From assembly GCA_964035545.1 (NCBI GenBank), contig CAXIUT010000073.1, positions 62,001 through 126,000 of the forward strand: 64,000 bases of DNA, read 5' to 3'. Source of the stretch: Bugula neritina. Its lineage: Eukaryota > Animalia > Bryozoa. Below are positions 38,101 to 53,100 of this stretch, one piece after another (the first letter of the stretch is position 1; each line of letters begins with the position of its first letter). A program made the translations under genes and the position numbers. The notes under the pieces are model-generated. The model worked only from the letters and a program-made list of their open reading frames with translations. It was not told the origin of the DNA and did no database searches.

Positions 38101-41100
38101 GCTCATCTGCAGCGCCATTTCACAGTATTATATTTTGCTAGAGCAATAACTAATTTTAGATGCCTTTGCAAACATATGAGAAATAAATGAGTCATTTTAT
38201 GAAAAGAGGTGTTTGCAGCAATTGTCCACTTTTGATTTACACGCGGCATGGAAACTTTTGTAGTTTTAAATAATATCTCCAAACTCATCACTTGCATGTG
38301 TTTATATGCTTGATAAAGTTTTTCATGCAAAACTTGATGCCTGCTTCAAAGACACCAGTGCTTAATTACTGTGTTAACTGTATTGGCACGTTGCCATTTG
38401 ATATTTGGTAATATTTCGCATCACAACAAACTCTTCAGAAAGTTAAGAAAATTAGTCTAGAAAGTTAATGAAATAAACCTACCAGAGAGAGTAAGCCAGA
38501 TGTAACAAGTAGATCCAAAACAAGTTGATTAACAATTGAAGTTGAAATCTCCATGTAGCGAACACTTTAGTCCTAATGTCAAATGCAAACGTCTGCAACC
38601 AAACTGTGTAGACATCATGAGCTGGTTAGCTGACAGGACTCATTAAAGCTCTTAACTCTTGTGTGTATAGTGATGCCCATCTTGAACTAGAGAGGGCTGA
38701 CTGAAGACTGCTGCTTTGTGAAAATTGACAATGCATATTAATATTATTCATTGTTGAGATTCACGACTGCCATAAACAATGATAAAATATACATTGTTGG
38801 TACTACTGAGTAGAATAATATATAATATAATATTTTCTTGACAGATAAATAATATCATATACAGAATCTAACTTACCATAACTCTACAGTGCTTCACCTC
38901 TTCAACTTTTTCGGCAATGTTATTTCCTTCTAGTTGGAAGTACTAGCTGAATATATGACTATGAAACATAACCCTCCAATTTCATTGCACCAGCACCAGT
39001 TGCAAGATAGGTGTGTTGGGAGTTATCTTTCCTATAATTTTGCTCTTGGCATTTATACGAAGCAGACACAGGCTAATATTAGTTTTGTTATTTGCAAGAG
39101 TTTTTCTGTCTGATTGTCCATCAGCAAAAGTTTGCGCCCTGCAGTTATTATGGAAATACCAGTGCTGCTGGAAGACCTTTGCATTGTACACCCGCCTTTA
39201 CTATTGATTTTAGATGTTTTATTTTCCCACCCCCTCTCCTGCCCCCTGTCCCCTCTAACAACCAGCAATCCTGACTCATGTGAAATGTGTTATTGTTTTA
39301 GAGTTGGACCATGGGCCTACAGTATACGATTTGAAGTTTTATAGTTTACAGGCAGTCGAGATGAGTCACTGCTGAAACCCATTTTATTAGTAGACTATAT
39401 TGCTCTTTAATCATCAGTTTTCATATTAAAACAAACAGCTCATCTGCAGCGCCATTTCACTGTATTATACTTTGCTAGAGCAATAACTAATTTTAGATGC
39501 CTTTGCAAACATATGAGAAATAAATGAGTCATTTTATGAAAAGAGGTGTTTGCAGCAATTGTCCACTTTTGATTTAGACGCGGCATGGAAACTTTTGTAG
39601 TTTTAAATAATATCTCCAAACTCATCACTTGCATGTGCTTATATGCTTGATAAAGTTTTTCATGCAAAACTTGATGCCTGCTTCAAAGACACCAGTGCTT
39701 AATTACTGTGTTAACTGTATTGGCACGTTGCCATTTGATATTTGGTAATATTTCGCATCACAACAAACTCTTCAGAAAGTTAAGAAAATTAGTCTAGAAA
39801 GTTAATGAAATAAACCTACCAGAGAGAGTAAGCCAGATGTAACAAGTAGATCCAAAACAAGTTGATTAACAATTGAAGTTGAAATCTCCATGTAGTGAAC
39901 ACTTTAGTCCTAATGTCAAATGCAAACGTCTGCAACCAAACTGTGTAGACTTCATGAGCTGGTTAGCTGACAGGACTCATTAAAGTTCTTAACTCTTGTG
40001 TGTATAGTGATGCCCATCTTGAACTAGAGAGGGCTGACTGAAGACTGCTACTTTGTGAAAATTGACAATGCATATTATTATTATTCATTGTTGAGATTCA
40101 CGGCTGCCATAAACAATGATAAAATATTAATTGTTGGTACTAGTGAGTAGAATAAAATATAATATAATAATTTCTTGACAGATAAATAATATCATATACA
40201 GAATATAACTTACCATAACTCTACAGTGCTTCACCTCTTCAACTTTTTCGGCAATGTTATTTCCTACTAGTTAGAAGTACTAGCTGAATATAGGACTTTG
40301 AAACACAACCCTTCAATTCCATTGCACCAGCACCGGTTGCAAGATAGGTGTGTTGGGAGTTATCTTTCCTAAAATTTTGTTCTTGGCGTTTATACGAAAC
40401 AGACACAGGCTAATATTAGTTCTGTTATTTGCAAGAGTTTTTCTGTCTGGTTGTCCATCAGCAAAATTTTGCGCCTTGCAGTTTTTATGGAAATACCAGT
40501 GATGCTGGAAGACCTTTGCATTGTACACCCGCCTTCACTATTGAATTTAGATGTTTTATTTTCCCATCCCCTCTCCTGCCCCCCTGTCCCCTCTAACAAC
40601 CAGCAATCCTGACTCATGTGAAATGTGTTATTGTTTTAGAGTTGGACCATGGGCCTACAGTATACGATTTGAAGCTTTATTGTTTACAGGCAGTCGAGAT
40701 GAGTCACTGCTGAAACCCATTTTATTAGTAGACTATATTGCTCTTTAATCATCAGTTTTCATATTAAAACAGAAAGCTCATCTGCAGCGCCATTTCACAG
40801 TATTATACTTTGCTAGAGCAATAACTAATTTTAGATGCCTTTGCAAACATATGAGAAATAAATGAGTCATTTTATGAAAAGAGGTGTTTGCAGCACTTGT
40901 CCACTTTTGATTTACACGTGGCATGGAAACTTTTGTAGTTTTAAATAATATCTCCAAACTCATCACTTGCATGTGTTTATATACATGATAAAGTTTTTCA
41001 TGCAAAACTTGATGCCTGCTTCAAAGACACCAGTGCTTGATTACTGTGTTAACTGTATTGGCACGTTGCCATTTGATATTTGGTAATATTTCGCATCACA

Positions 41101-44100
41101 ACAAACTCTTCAGAAAGTTAAGAAAATTAGTCTAGAAAGTTAATGAAATAAACCTACCAGAGAGAGTAAGCCAGATGTAACAAGTAGATCCAAAACAAGT
41201 TGATTAACAATTGAAGTTGAAATCTCCATGTAGTGAACACTTTAGTCCTAATGTCAAATGCAAACGTCTGCAACCAAACTGTGTAGACTTCATGAGCTGG
41301 TTAGCTGACAGGACTCATTAAAGTTCTTAACTCTTGTGTGTATAATGTTGCCCATCTTGAACTAGAGAGGGCTGACTGAAGACTGCTACTTTGTGAAAAT
41401 TGACAATGCATATTATTATTATTCATTGTTGAGATTCACGGCTGCCATAAACAATGATAAAATATTAATTGTTGGTACTAGTGAGTAGAATAAAATATAA
41501 TGTAATAATTTCTTGACAGATAAATAATATCATATACAGAATATAACTTACCATAACTCTACAGTGCTTCACCTCTTCAACTTTTTCGGCAATGTTATTT
41601 CCTACTAGTTAGAAGTACTAGCTGAATATAGGACTTTGAAACACAACCCTTCAATTCCATTGCACCAGCACCGGTTGCAAGATAGGTGTGTTGGGAGTTA
41701 TCTTTCCTAAAATTTTGTTCTTGGCGTTTATACGAAACAGACACAGGCTAATATTAGTTTTGTTATTTGCAAGAGTTTTTCTGTCTGGTTGTCCATCAGC
41801 AAAATTTTGCGCCTTGCAGTTTTTATGGAAATACCAGTGATGCTGGAAGACCTTTGCATTGTACACCCGCCTTCACTATTGAATTTAGATGTTTTATTTT
41901 CCCATCCCCTCTCCTGCCCCCCTGTCCCCTCTAACAACCAGCAATCCTGACTCATGTGAAATGTGTTATTGTTTTAGAGTTGGACCATGGGCCTACAGTA
42001 TACGATTTGAAGCTTTATTGTTCACAGGCAGTCGAGATGAGTCACTGCTGAAACCCATTTTATTAGTAGACTATATTGCTCTTTAATCATCAGTTTTCAT
42101 ATTAAAACAGAAAGCTCATTTGCAGCGCCATTTCACAGTATTATACTTTGCTAGAGCAATAACTAATTTTAGATGCCTTTGCAAACATATGAGAAATAAA
42201 TGAGTCATTTTATGAAAAGAGGTGTTTGCAGCAATTGTCCACTTTTGATTTAGACGCGGCATGGAAACTTTTGTAGTTTTAAATAATACATCCAAACTCA
42301 TCACTTGCATGTGTTTATATGCTTGATAAAGTTTTTCATGCAAAACTTGATGCCTGCTTCAAAGACACCAGTGCTTAATTACTGTGTTAACTGTATTGGC
42401 ACGTTGCCATTTGATATTTGGTAATATTTCGCATCACAACAAACTCTTCAGAAAGTTAAGAAAATTAGTCTAGAAAGTTAATGAAATAAACCTACCAGAG
42501 AGAGTAAGCCAGATGTAACAAGTAGATCCAAAACAAGTTGATTAACAATTGAAGTTGAAATCTCCATGTAGTGAACACTTTAGTCCTAATGTCAAATGCA
42601 AACGTCTGCAACCAAACTGTGTAGACTTCATGAGCTGGTTAGCTGACAGGACTCATTAAAGTTCTTAACTGTTGTGTGTATAGTGATGCCCATCTTGAAC
42701 TAGAGAGGGCTGACGGAAGACTGCTACTTTGTGAAAATTGACAATGCATATTATTATTATTCATTGTTGAGATTCACGGCTGCCATAAACAATGATAAAA
42801 TATTCATTGTTGGTACTACTGAGTAGAATAAAATATAATATAATATTATTTTCTGGACAGATAAATAATATCAAATGCATATTATAACTTACCATAAATC
42901 TACAGTGCTTCACATCTTCACCTTTTTCTGCAATGTTATTTCTTTGCAGTTAGAAGTACTAGCTGAATATATGACTATGAAACATAACCCTTCAATTTCA
43001 TTGCACCAGCACCAGTTGCAAGATAGGTGTGTTGGGAGTTATCTTTCCTATAATTTTGCTCTTGGCATTTATACGAAGCAGACACAGGCTAATATTAGTT
43101 TTGTTATTTGCAAGAGTTTTTCTGTCTGATTGTCCATCAGCAAAAGTTTGCGCCCTGCAGTTATTATGGAAATACCAGTGCTGCTGGAAGACCTTTGCAT
43201 TGTACACCCGCCTTTACTATTGATTTTAGATGTTTTATTTTCCCACCCCCTCTCCTGCCCCCTGTCCCCTCTAACAACCAGCAATCCTGACTCATGTGAA
43301 ATGTGTTATTGTTTTAGAGTTGGACCATGGGCCTACAGTATACGATTTGAAGTTTTATAGTTTACAGGCAGTCGAGATGAGTCACTGCTGAAACCCATTT
43401 TATTAGTAGACTATATTGCTCTTCAATCATCAGTTTTCATATTAAAACAGAAAGCTCGTCTGCAGCGCCATTTCACAGTGTTATATTATGCTAGAGCAAT
43501 AACTAATTTTAGATGCCTTTGCAAACATATGAGAAATAAATGAGTCATTTTATGAAAAGAGGTGTTTGCAGCACTTGTCCACTTTTGATTTACACGCGGC
43601 ATGGAAACTTTTGTAGTTTCAAATACATCTCATACAAACTCATCACTTGCATGTGTTTATACACTTGATAAAATTTTTTATGCAAAACTTGATGCCTGCT
43701 TCAAAGACACCAGTGCTTAATTACTGTGTTAACTGTATTGGCACGTTGACATGAGATATTTGGTAATATTTCGCATCATAACAAACTCTTCAGAAAGTTA
43801 AGAAAATCAGTCTAGAAAGTTAATGAAATAAACCTACCCGAAAGAGTAAGCCAGATGTAACAAGTAGATCCAAAACAAGTTGATTAACAATTGAAGTTGA
43901 AATCTCCATGTAGTCAACACTTTAGTCCTAATGTCAAATGCAAACGTCTGCAATCAAACTGTGTAGACTTCGTGAGCTGGTTAGCTGACAGGACTCATTA
44001 AAGTTCTTAACTCTTGTGTGTATAGTGATGCCCATCTTGAACTAGAGAGGGCTGACTGAAGACTGCTACTTTGTGAAAATTGACAATGCATATTATTATT

Positions 44101-47100
44101 ATTCATTGTTGAGATTCACGACTGCCATAAACAATGATAAAATATCCATTGTTGGTACTACTGAGTAGAATAATATATAATATAATATTTTCTTGACAGA
44201 TAAATAATATCATATACAGAATCTAACTTACCATAACTCTACAGTGCTTCACCTCTTCAACTTTTTCGGCAATGTTATTTCCTTCTAGTTGGAAGTACTA
44301 GCTGAATATAGGACTTTGAAACATAACCCTTCAATTTCATTGCACCAGCACCGGTTGCAAGATAGGTGTGTTGGGAGTTATCTTTCCTAAAATTTTGTTC
44401 TTGGCGTTTATACGAAGCAGACACAGGCTAATATTAGTTTTGTTATTTGCAAGAGTTTTTCTGTCTGATTGTCTATCAGCAAAAGTTTGCGCCCTGCAGT
44501 TATAATGGAAATACCAGTGCTGCTGGAAGACCTTTGCATTGTACACCCGCCTTTACTATTGAATTTAGATGTTTTATTTTCCCACCCCCTCTCCTGCCCC
44601 CTGTCCCCTCTAACAACCAGCAATCCTGACTCATGTGAAATGTGTTATTGTTTTAGAGTTGGACCATGGGCCTACAGTATACGATTTGAAGTTTTATAGT
44701 TTACAGGCAGTCGAGATGAGTCACTGCTGAAACCCATTTTATTAGTAGACTATATTGCTCTTCAATCATCAGTTTTCATATTAAAACAGAAAGCTCATCT
44801 GCAGCGCCATTTCACAGTGTTATATTTTGCTAGAGCAATAACTAATTTTAGATGCCTTTGCAAACATATGAGAAATAAATGAGTCATTCTATGAAAAGAG
44901 GTGTTTGCAGCACTTGTCCACTTTTGATTTACACGCGGCATGGAAACTTTTGTAGCTTCAAATACATCTCATACAAACTCATCACCTGCATGTGTTTATA
45001 CACTTGATAAAATTTTTTATGCAAAACTTGATGCCTGCTTCAAAGACACCAGTGCTTAATTACTGTGTTAACTGTATTGGCGCGTTGCCATGAGATATTT
45101 GGTAATATTTCGCATCACAACAAACTCTTCAGAAAGTTAAGAAACTCAGTTTAGAAAGTTAATGAAATAAACCTACCAGAGAGAGTAAGCCAGATGTGAC
45201 AAGTAGATTCAAAACAAGTTGATTAACAATTGAAGTTGAAATCTCCATGTAGCGAACACTTTAGTCCTAATGTCAAATGCAAACGTCTGCAACCAAACTG
45301 TGTAGACTTCGTGAGCTGGTTAGCTGACAGGACTCATTAAAGTTCTTAACTCTTGTGTGTATAGTGATGCCCATCTTGAACTAGAGAGGGCTGACTGAAG
45401 ACTGCTACTTTGTGAAAATTGACAATGCATATTAATATTATTCATTGTTGAGATTCACGACTGCCATAAACAATGATAAAATATCCATTGTTGGTACTAC
45501 TGAGTAGAATAAAATATAATATAATATTTTCTTGACAGATAAATAATATCATATACAGAATCTAACTTACCATAACTCTACAGTGCTTCACCTCTTCAAC
45601 TTTTTCGGCAATGTTATTTCTTTGCAGTTAGAAGTACTAGCTGAATATATGACTATGAAACATAACCCTTCAATTTCATTGCACCAGCACCAGTTGCAAG
45701 ATAGGTGTGTTGGGAGTTATCTTTCCTATAATTTTGCTCTTGGCATTTATACGAAGCAGACACAGGCTAATATTAGTTTTGTTATTTGCAAGAGTTTTTC
45801 TGTCTGATTGTCCATCAGCAAAAGTTTGCGCCCTGCAGTTATTATGGAAATACCAGTGCTGCTGGAAGACCTTTGCATTGTACACCCGCCTTTACTATTG
45901 AATTTAGATGTTTTATTTTCCCATCCCCTCTCCTGCCCCCCTGTCCCCTCTAACAACCAGCAATCCTGACTCATGTGAAATGTGTTATTGTTTTAGAGTT
46001 GGACCATGGGCCTACAGTATACGATTTGAAGCTTTATTGTTTACAGGCAGTCGAGATGAGTCACTGCTGAAACCCATTTTATTAGTAGACTATATTGCTC
46101 TTTAATCATCAGTTTTCATATTAAAACAAACAGCTCATCTGCAGCGCCATTTCACAGTATTATACTTTGCTAGAGCAATAACTAATTTTAGATGCCTTTG
46201 CAAACATATGAGAAATAAATGAGTCATTTTATGAAAAGAGGTGTTTGCAGCAATTGTCCACTTTTGATTTAGACGCGGCATGGAAACTTTTGTAGTTTTA
46301 AATAATATCTCCAAACTCATCACTTGCATGTGTTTATATGCTTGATAAAGTTTTTCATGCAAAACTTGATGCCTGCTTCAAAGACACTAGTGCTTAATTA
46401 CTGTGTTAACTGTATTGGCACGTTGCCATTTGATATTTGGTAATATTTCGCATCACAACAAACTCTTCAGAAAGTTAAGAAAATTAGTCTAGAAAGTTAA
46501 TGAAATAAACCTACCAGAGAGAGTAAGCCAGATGTAACAAGTAGATCCAAAACAAGTTGATTAACAATTGAAGTTGAAATCTCCATGTAGTGAACACTTT
46601 AGTCCTAATGTCAAATGCAAACGTCTGCAACCAAACTGTGTAGACTTCATGAGCTGGTTAGCTGACAGGACTCATTAAAGTTCTTAACTCTTGTGTGTAT
46701 AGTGATGCCCATCTTGAACTAGAGAGGGCTGACTGAAGACTGCTACTTTGTGAAAATTGACAATGCATATTATTATTATTCATTGTTGAGATTCACGGCT
46801 GCCATAAACAATGATAAAATATTAATTGTTGGTACTAGTGAGTAGAATAAAATATAATGTAATAATTTCTTGACAGATAAATAATATCATATACAGAATA
46901 TAACTTACCATAACTCTACAGTGCTTCACCTCTTCAACTTTTTCGGCAATGTTATTTCCTACTAGTTAGAAGTACTAGCTGAATATAGGACTTTGAAACA
47001 CAACCCTTCAATTCCATTGCACCAGCACCGGTTGCAAGATAGGTGTGTTGGGAGTTATCTTTCCTAAAATTTTGTTCTTGGCGTTTATACGAAACAGACA

Positions 47101-50100
47101 CAGGCTAATATTAGTTTTGTTATTTGCAAGAGTTTTTCTGTCTGGTTGTCCATCAGCAAAATTTTGCGCCTTGCAGTTTTTATGGAAATACCAGTGATGC
47201 TGGAAGACCTTTGCATTGTACACCCGCCTTCACTATTGAATTTAGATGTTTTATTTTCCCATCCCCTCTCCTGCCCCCCTGTCCCCTCTAACAACCAGCA
47301 ATCCTGACTCATGTGAAATGTGTTATTGTTTTAGAGTTGGACCATGGGCCTACAGTATACGATTTGAAGCTTTATTGTTCACAGGCAGTCGAGATGAGTC
47401 ACTGCTGAAACCCATTTTATTAGTAGACTATATTGCTCTTTAATCATCAGTTTTCATATTAAAACAGAAAGCTCATTTGCAGCGCCATTTCACAGTATTA
47501 TACTTTGCTAGAGCAATAACTAATTTTAGATGCCTTTGCAAACATATGAGAAATAAATGAGTCATTTTATGAAAAGAGGTGTTTGCAGCAATTGTCCACT
47601 TTTGATTTAGACGCGGCATGGAAACTTTTGTAGTTTTAAATAATACATCCAAACTCATCACTTGCATGTGTTTATATGCTTGATAAAGTTTTTCATGCAA
47701 AACTTGATGCCTGCTTCAAAGACACCAGTGCTTAATTACTGTGTTAACTGTATTGGCACGTTGCCATTTGATATTTGGTAATATTTCGCATCACAACAAA
47801 CTCTTCAGAAAGTTAAGAAAATTAGTCTAGAAAGTTAATGAAATAAACCTACCAGAGAGAGTAAGCCAGATGTAACAAGTAGATCCAAAACAAGTTGATT
47901 AACAATTGAAGTTGAAATCTCCATGTAGTGAACACTTTAGTCCTAATGTCAAATGCAAACGTCTGCAACCAAACTGTGTAGACTTCATGAGCTGGTTAGC
48001 TGACAGGACTCATTAAAGTTCTTAACTCTTGTGTGTATAGTGATGCCCATCTTGAACTAGAGAGGGCTGACTGAAGACTGCTACTTTGTAAAAATTGACA
48101 ATGCATATTATTATTATTCATTGTTGAGATTCACGGCTGCCATAAACAATGATAAAATATTCATTGTTGGTACTAGTGAGTAGAATAAAATATAATATAA
48201 TAATTTCTTGACAGATAAATAATATCATATACAGAATTTAACTTACCATAACTCTACAGTGCTTCACCTCTTCAACTTTTTCGGCAATGTTATTTCCTAC
48301 TAGTTAGAAGTACTAGCTGAATATAGGACTTTGAAACACAACCCTTCAATTCCATTGCACCAGCACCGGTGGCAAGATAGGTGTGTTGGGAGTTATCTTT
48401 CCTAAAATTTTGTTTTCGGCGTTTATACGAAACAGACACAGGCTAATATTAGTTTTGTTATTTGCAAGAGTTTTTCTGTCTGGTTGTCCATCAGCAAAAT
48501 TTTGCGCCTTGCAGTTTTTATGGAAATACCAGTGATGCTGGAAGACCTTTGCATTGTACACCCGCCTTCACTATTGAATTTAGATGTTTTATTTTCCCAT
48601 CCCCTCTCCTGCCCCCCTGTCCCCTCTAACAACCAGCAATCCTGACTCATGTGAAATGTGTTATTGTTTTAGAGTTGGACCATGGGCCTACAGTATACGA
48701 TTTGAAGCTTTATTGTTTACAGGCAGTCGAGATGAGTCACTGCTGAAACCCATTTTATTAGTAGACTATATTGCTCTTTAATCATCAGTTTTCATATTAA
48801 AACAGAAAGCTCATCTGCAGCGCCATTTCACAGTATTATATTTTGCTAGAGCAATAACTAATTTTAGATGCCTTTGCAAACATATGAGAAATAAATGAGT
48901 CATTTTATGAAAAGAGGTGTTTGCAGCAATTGTCCACTTTTGATTTACACGCGGCATGGAAACTTTTGTAGTTTTAAATAATATCTCCAAACTCATCACT
49001 TGCATGTGTTTATATGCTTGATAAAGTTTTTCATGCAAAACTTGATGCCTGCTTCAAAGACACCAGTGCTTAATTACTGTGTTAACTGTATTGGCACGTT
49101 GCCATTTGATATTTGGTAATATTTCGCATCACAACAAACTCTTCAGAAAGTTAAGAAAATTAGTCTAGAAAGTTAATGAAATAAACCTACCAGAGAGAGT
49201 AAGCCAGATGTAACAAGTAGATCCAAAACAAGTTGATTAACAATTGAAGTTGAAATCTCCATGTAGCGAACACTTTAGTCCTAATGTCAAATGCAAACGT
49301 CTGCAACCAAACTGTGTAGACATCATGAGCTGGTTAGCTGACAGGACTCATTAAAGCTCTTAACTCTTGTGTGTATAGTGATGCCCATCTTGAACTAGAG
49401 AGGGCTGACTGAAGACTGCTGCTTTGTGAAAATTGACAATGCATATTAATATTATTCATTGTTGAGATTCACGACTGCCATAAACAATGATAAAATATAC
49501 ATTGTTGGTACTACTGAGTAGAATAATATATAATATAATATTTTCTTGACAGATAAATAATATCATATACAGAATCTAACTTACCATAACTCTACAGTGC
49601 TTCACCTCTTCAACTTTTTCGGCAATGTTATTTCCTTCTAGTTGGAAGTACTAGCTGAATATATGACTATGAAACATAACCCTCCAATTTCATTGCACCA
49701 GCACCAGTTGCAAGATAGGTGTGTTGGGAGTTATCTTTCCTATAATTTTGCTCTTGGCATTTATACGAAGCAGACACAGGCTAATATTAGTTTTGTTATT
49801 TGCAAGAGTTTTTCTGTCTGATTGTCCATCAGCAAAAGTTTGCGCCCTGCAGTTATTATGGAAATACCAGTGCTGCTGGAAGACCTTTGCATTGTACACC
49901 CGCCTTTACTATTGATTTTAGATGTTTTATTTTCCCACCCCCTCTCCTGCCCCCTGTCCCCTCTAACAACCAGCAATCCTGACTCATGTGAAATGTGTTA
50001 TTGTTTTAGAGTTGGACCATGGGCCTACAGTATACGATTTGAAGTTTTATAGTTTACAGGCAGTCGAGATGAGTCACTGCTGAAACCCATTTTATTAGTA

Positions 50101-53100
50101 GACTATATTGCTCTTTAATCATCAGTTTTCATATTAAAACAAACAGCTCATCTGCAGCGCCATTTCACTGTATTATACTTTGCTAGAGCAATAACTAATT
50201 TTAGATGCCTTTGCAAACATATGAGAAATAAATGAGTCATTTTATGAAAAGAGGTGTTTGCAGCAATTGTCCACTTTTGATTTAGACGCGGCATGGAAAC
50301 TTTTGTAGTTTTAAATAATATCTCCAAACTCATCACTTGCATGTGCTTATATGCTTGATAAAGTTTTTCATGCAAAACTTGATGCCTGCTTCAAAGACAC
50401 CAGTGCTTAATTACTGTGTTAACTGTATTGGCACGTTGCCATTTGATATTTGGTAATATTTCGCATCACAACAAACTCTTCAGAAAGTTAAGAAAATTAG
50501 TCTAGAAAGTTAATGAAATAAACCTACCAGAGAGAGTAAGCCAGATGTAACAAGTAGATCCAAAACAAGTTGATTAACAATTGAAGTTGAAATCTCCATG
50601 TAGTGAACACTTTAGTCCTAATGTCAAATGCAAACGTCTGCAACCAAACTGTGTAGACTTCATGAGCTGGTTAGCTGACAGGACTCATTAAAGTTCTTAA
50701 CTCTTGTGTGTATAGTGATGCCCATCTTGAACTAGAGAGGGCTGACTGAAGACTGCTACTTTGTGAAAATTGACAATGCATATTATTATTATTCATTGTT
50801 GAGATTCACGGCTGCCATAAACAATGATAAAATATTAATTGTTGGTACTAGTGAGTAGAATAAAATATAATATAATAATTTCTTGACAGATAAATAATAT
50901 CATATACAGAATATAACTTACCATAACTCTACAGTGCTTCACCTCTTCAACTTTTTCGGCAATGTTATTTCCTACTAGTTAGAAGTACTAGCTGAATATA
51001 GGACTTTGAAACACAACCCTTCAATTCCATTGCACCAGCACCGGTTGCAAGATAGGTGTGTTGGGAGTTATCTTTCCTAAAATTTTGTTCTTGGCGTTTA
51101 TACGAAACAGACACAGGCTAATATTAGTTCTGTTATTTGCAAGAGTTTTTCTGTCTGGTTGTCCATCAGCAAAATTTTGCGCCTTGCAGTTTTTATGGAA
51201 ATACCAGTGATGCTGGAAGACCTTTGCATTGTACACCCGCCTTCACTATTGAATTTAGATGTTTTATTTTCCCATCCCCTCTCCTGCCCCCCTGTCCCCT
51301 CTAACAACCAGCAATCCTGACTCATGTGAAATGTGTTATTGTTTTAGAGTTGGACCATGGGCCTACAGTATACGATTTGAAGCTTTATTGTTTACAGGCA
51401 GTCGAGATGAGTCACTGCTGAAACCCATTTTATTAGTAGACTATATTGCTCTTTAATCATCAGTTTTCATATTAAAACAGAAAGCTCATCTGCAGCGCCA
51501 TTTCACAGTATTATACTTTGCTAGAGCAATAACTAATTTTAGATGCCTTTGCAAACATATGAGAAATAAATGAGTCATTTTATGAAAAGAGGTGTTTGCA
51601 GCACTTGTCCACTTTTGATTTACACGTGGCATGGAAACTTTTGTAGTTTTAAATAATATCTCCAAACTCATCACTTGCATGTGTTTATATACATGATAAA
51701 GTTTTTCATGCAAAACTTGATGCCTGCTTCAAAGACACCAGTGCTTGATTACTGTGTTAACTGTATTGGCACGTTGCCATTTGATATTTGGTAATATTTC
51801 GCATCACAACAAACTCTTCAGAAAGTTAAGAAAATTAGTCTAGAAAGTTAATGAAATAAACCTACCAGAGAGAGTAAGCCAGATGTAACAAGTAGATCCA
51901 AAACAAGTTGATTAACAATTGAAGTTGAAATCTCCATGTAGTGAACACTTTAGTCCTAATGTCAAATGCAAACGTCTGCAACCAAACTGTGTAGACTTCA
52001 TGAGCTGGTTAGCTGACAGGACTCATTAAAGTTCTTAACTCTTGTGTGTATAATGTTGCCCATCTTGAACTAGAGAGGGCTGACTGAAGACTGCTACTTT
52101 GTGAAAATTGACAATGCATATTATTATTATTCATTGTTGAGATTCACGGCTGCCATAAACAATGATAAAATATTAATTGTTGGTACTAGTGAGTAGAATA
52201 AAATATAATGTAATAATTTCTTGACAGATAAATAATATCATATACAGAATATAACTTACCATAACTCTACAGTGCTTCACCTCTTCAACTTTTTCGGCAA
52301 TGTTATTTCCTACTAGTTAGAAGTACTAGCTGAATATAGGACTTTGAAACACAACCCTTCAATTCCATTGCACCAGCACCGGTTGCAAGATAGGTGTGTT
52401 GGGAGTTATCTTTCCTAAAATTTTGTTCTTGGCGTTTATACGAAACAGACACAGGCTAATATTAGTTTTGTTATTTGCAAGAGTTTTTCTGTCTGGTTGT
52501 CCATCAGCAAAATTTTGCGCCTTGCAGTTTTTATGGAAATACCAGTGATGCTGGAAGACCTTTGCATTGTACACCCGCCTTCACTATTGAATTTAGATGT
52601 TTTATTTTCCCATCCCCTCTCCTGCCCCCCTGTCCCCTCTAACAACCAGCAATCCTGACTCATGTGAAATGTGTTATTGTTTTAGAGTTGGACCATGGGC
52701 CTACAGTATACGATTTGAAGCTTTATTGTTCACAGGCAGTCGAGATGAGTCACTGCTGAAACCCATTTTATTAGTAGACTATATTGCTCTTTAATCATCA
52801 GTTTTCATATTAAAACAGAAAGCTCATTTGCAGCGCCATTTCACAGTATTATACTTTGCTAGAGCAATAACTAATTTTAGATGCCTTTGCAAACATATGA
52901 GAAATAAATGAGTCATTTTATGAAAAGAGGTGTTTGCAGCAATTGTCCACTTTTGATTTAGACGCGGCATGGAAACTTTTGTAGTTTTAAATAATACATC
53001 CAAACTCATCACTTGCATGTGTTTATATGCTTGATAAAGTTTTTCATGCAAAACTTGATGCCTGCTTCAAAGACACCAGTGCTTAATTACTGTGTTAACT

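Larger units (their letters stand above)
1..38550. repeat. Subfamily A domain (highly homogeneous monomers, 1338 bp; four are 1340 bp)
   Basis: Shared alleles: cccatcccc...gcccccctg (C6), gccttgcag, ccagtgatgctgg, tattgtttacag, cacggctgcc, and mostly ctagtgag. Copies differ only by scattered shared SNPs. Confidence 0.9.
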
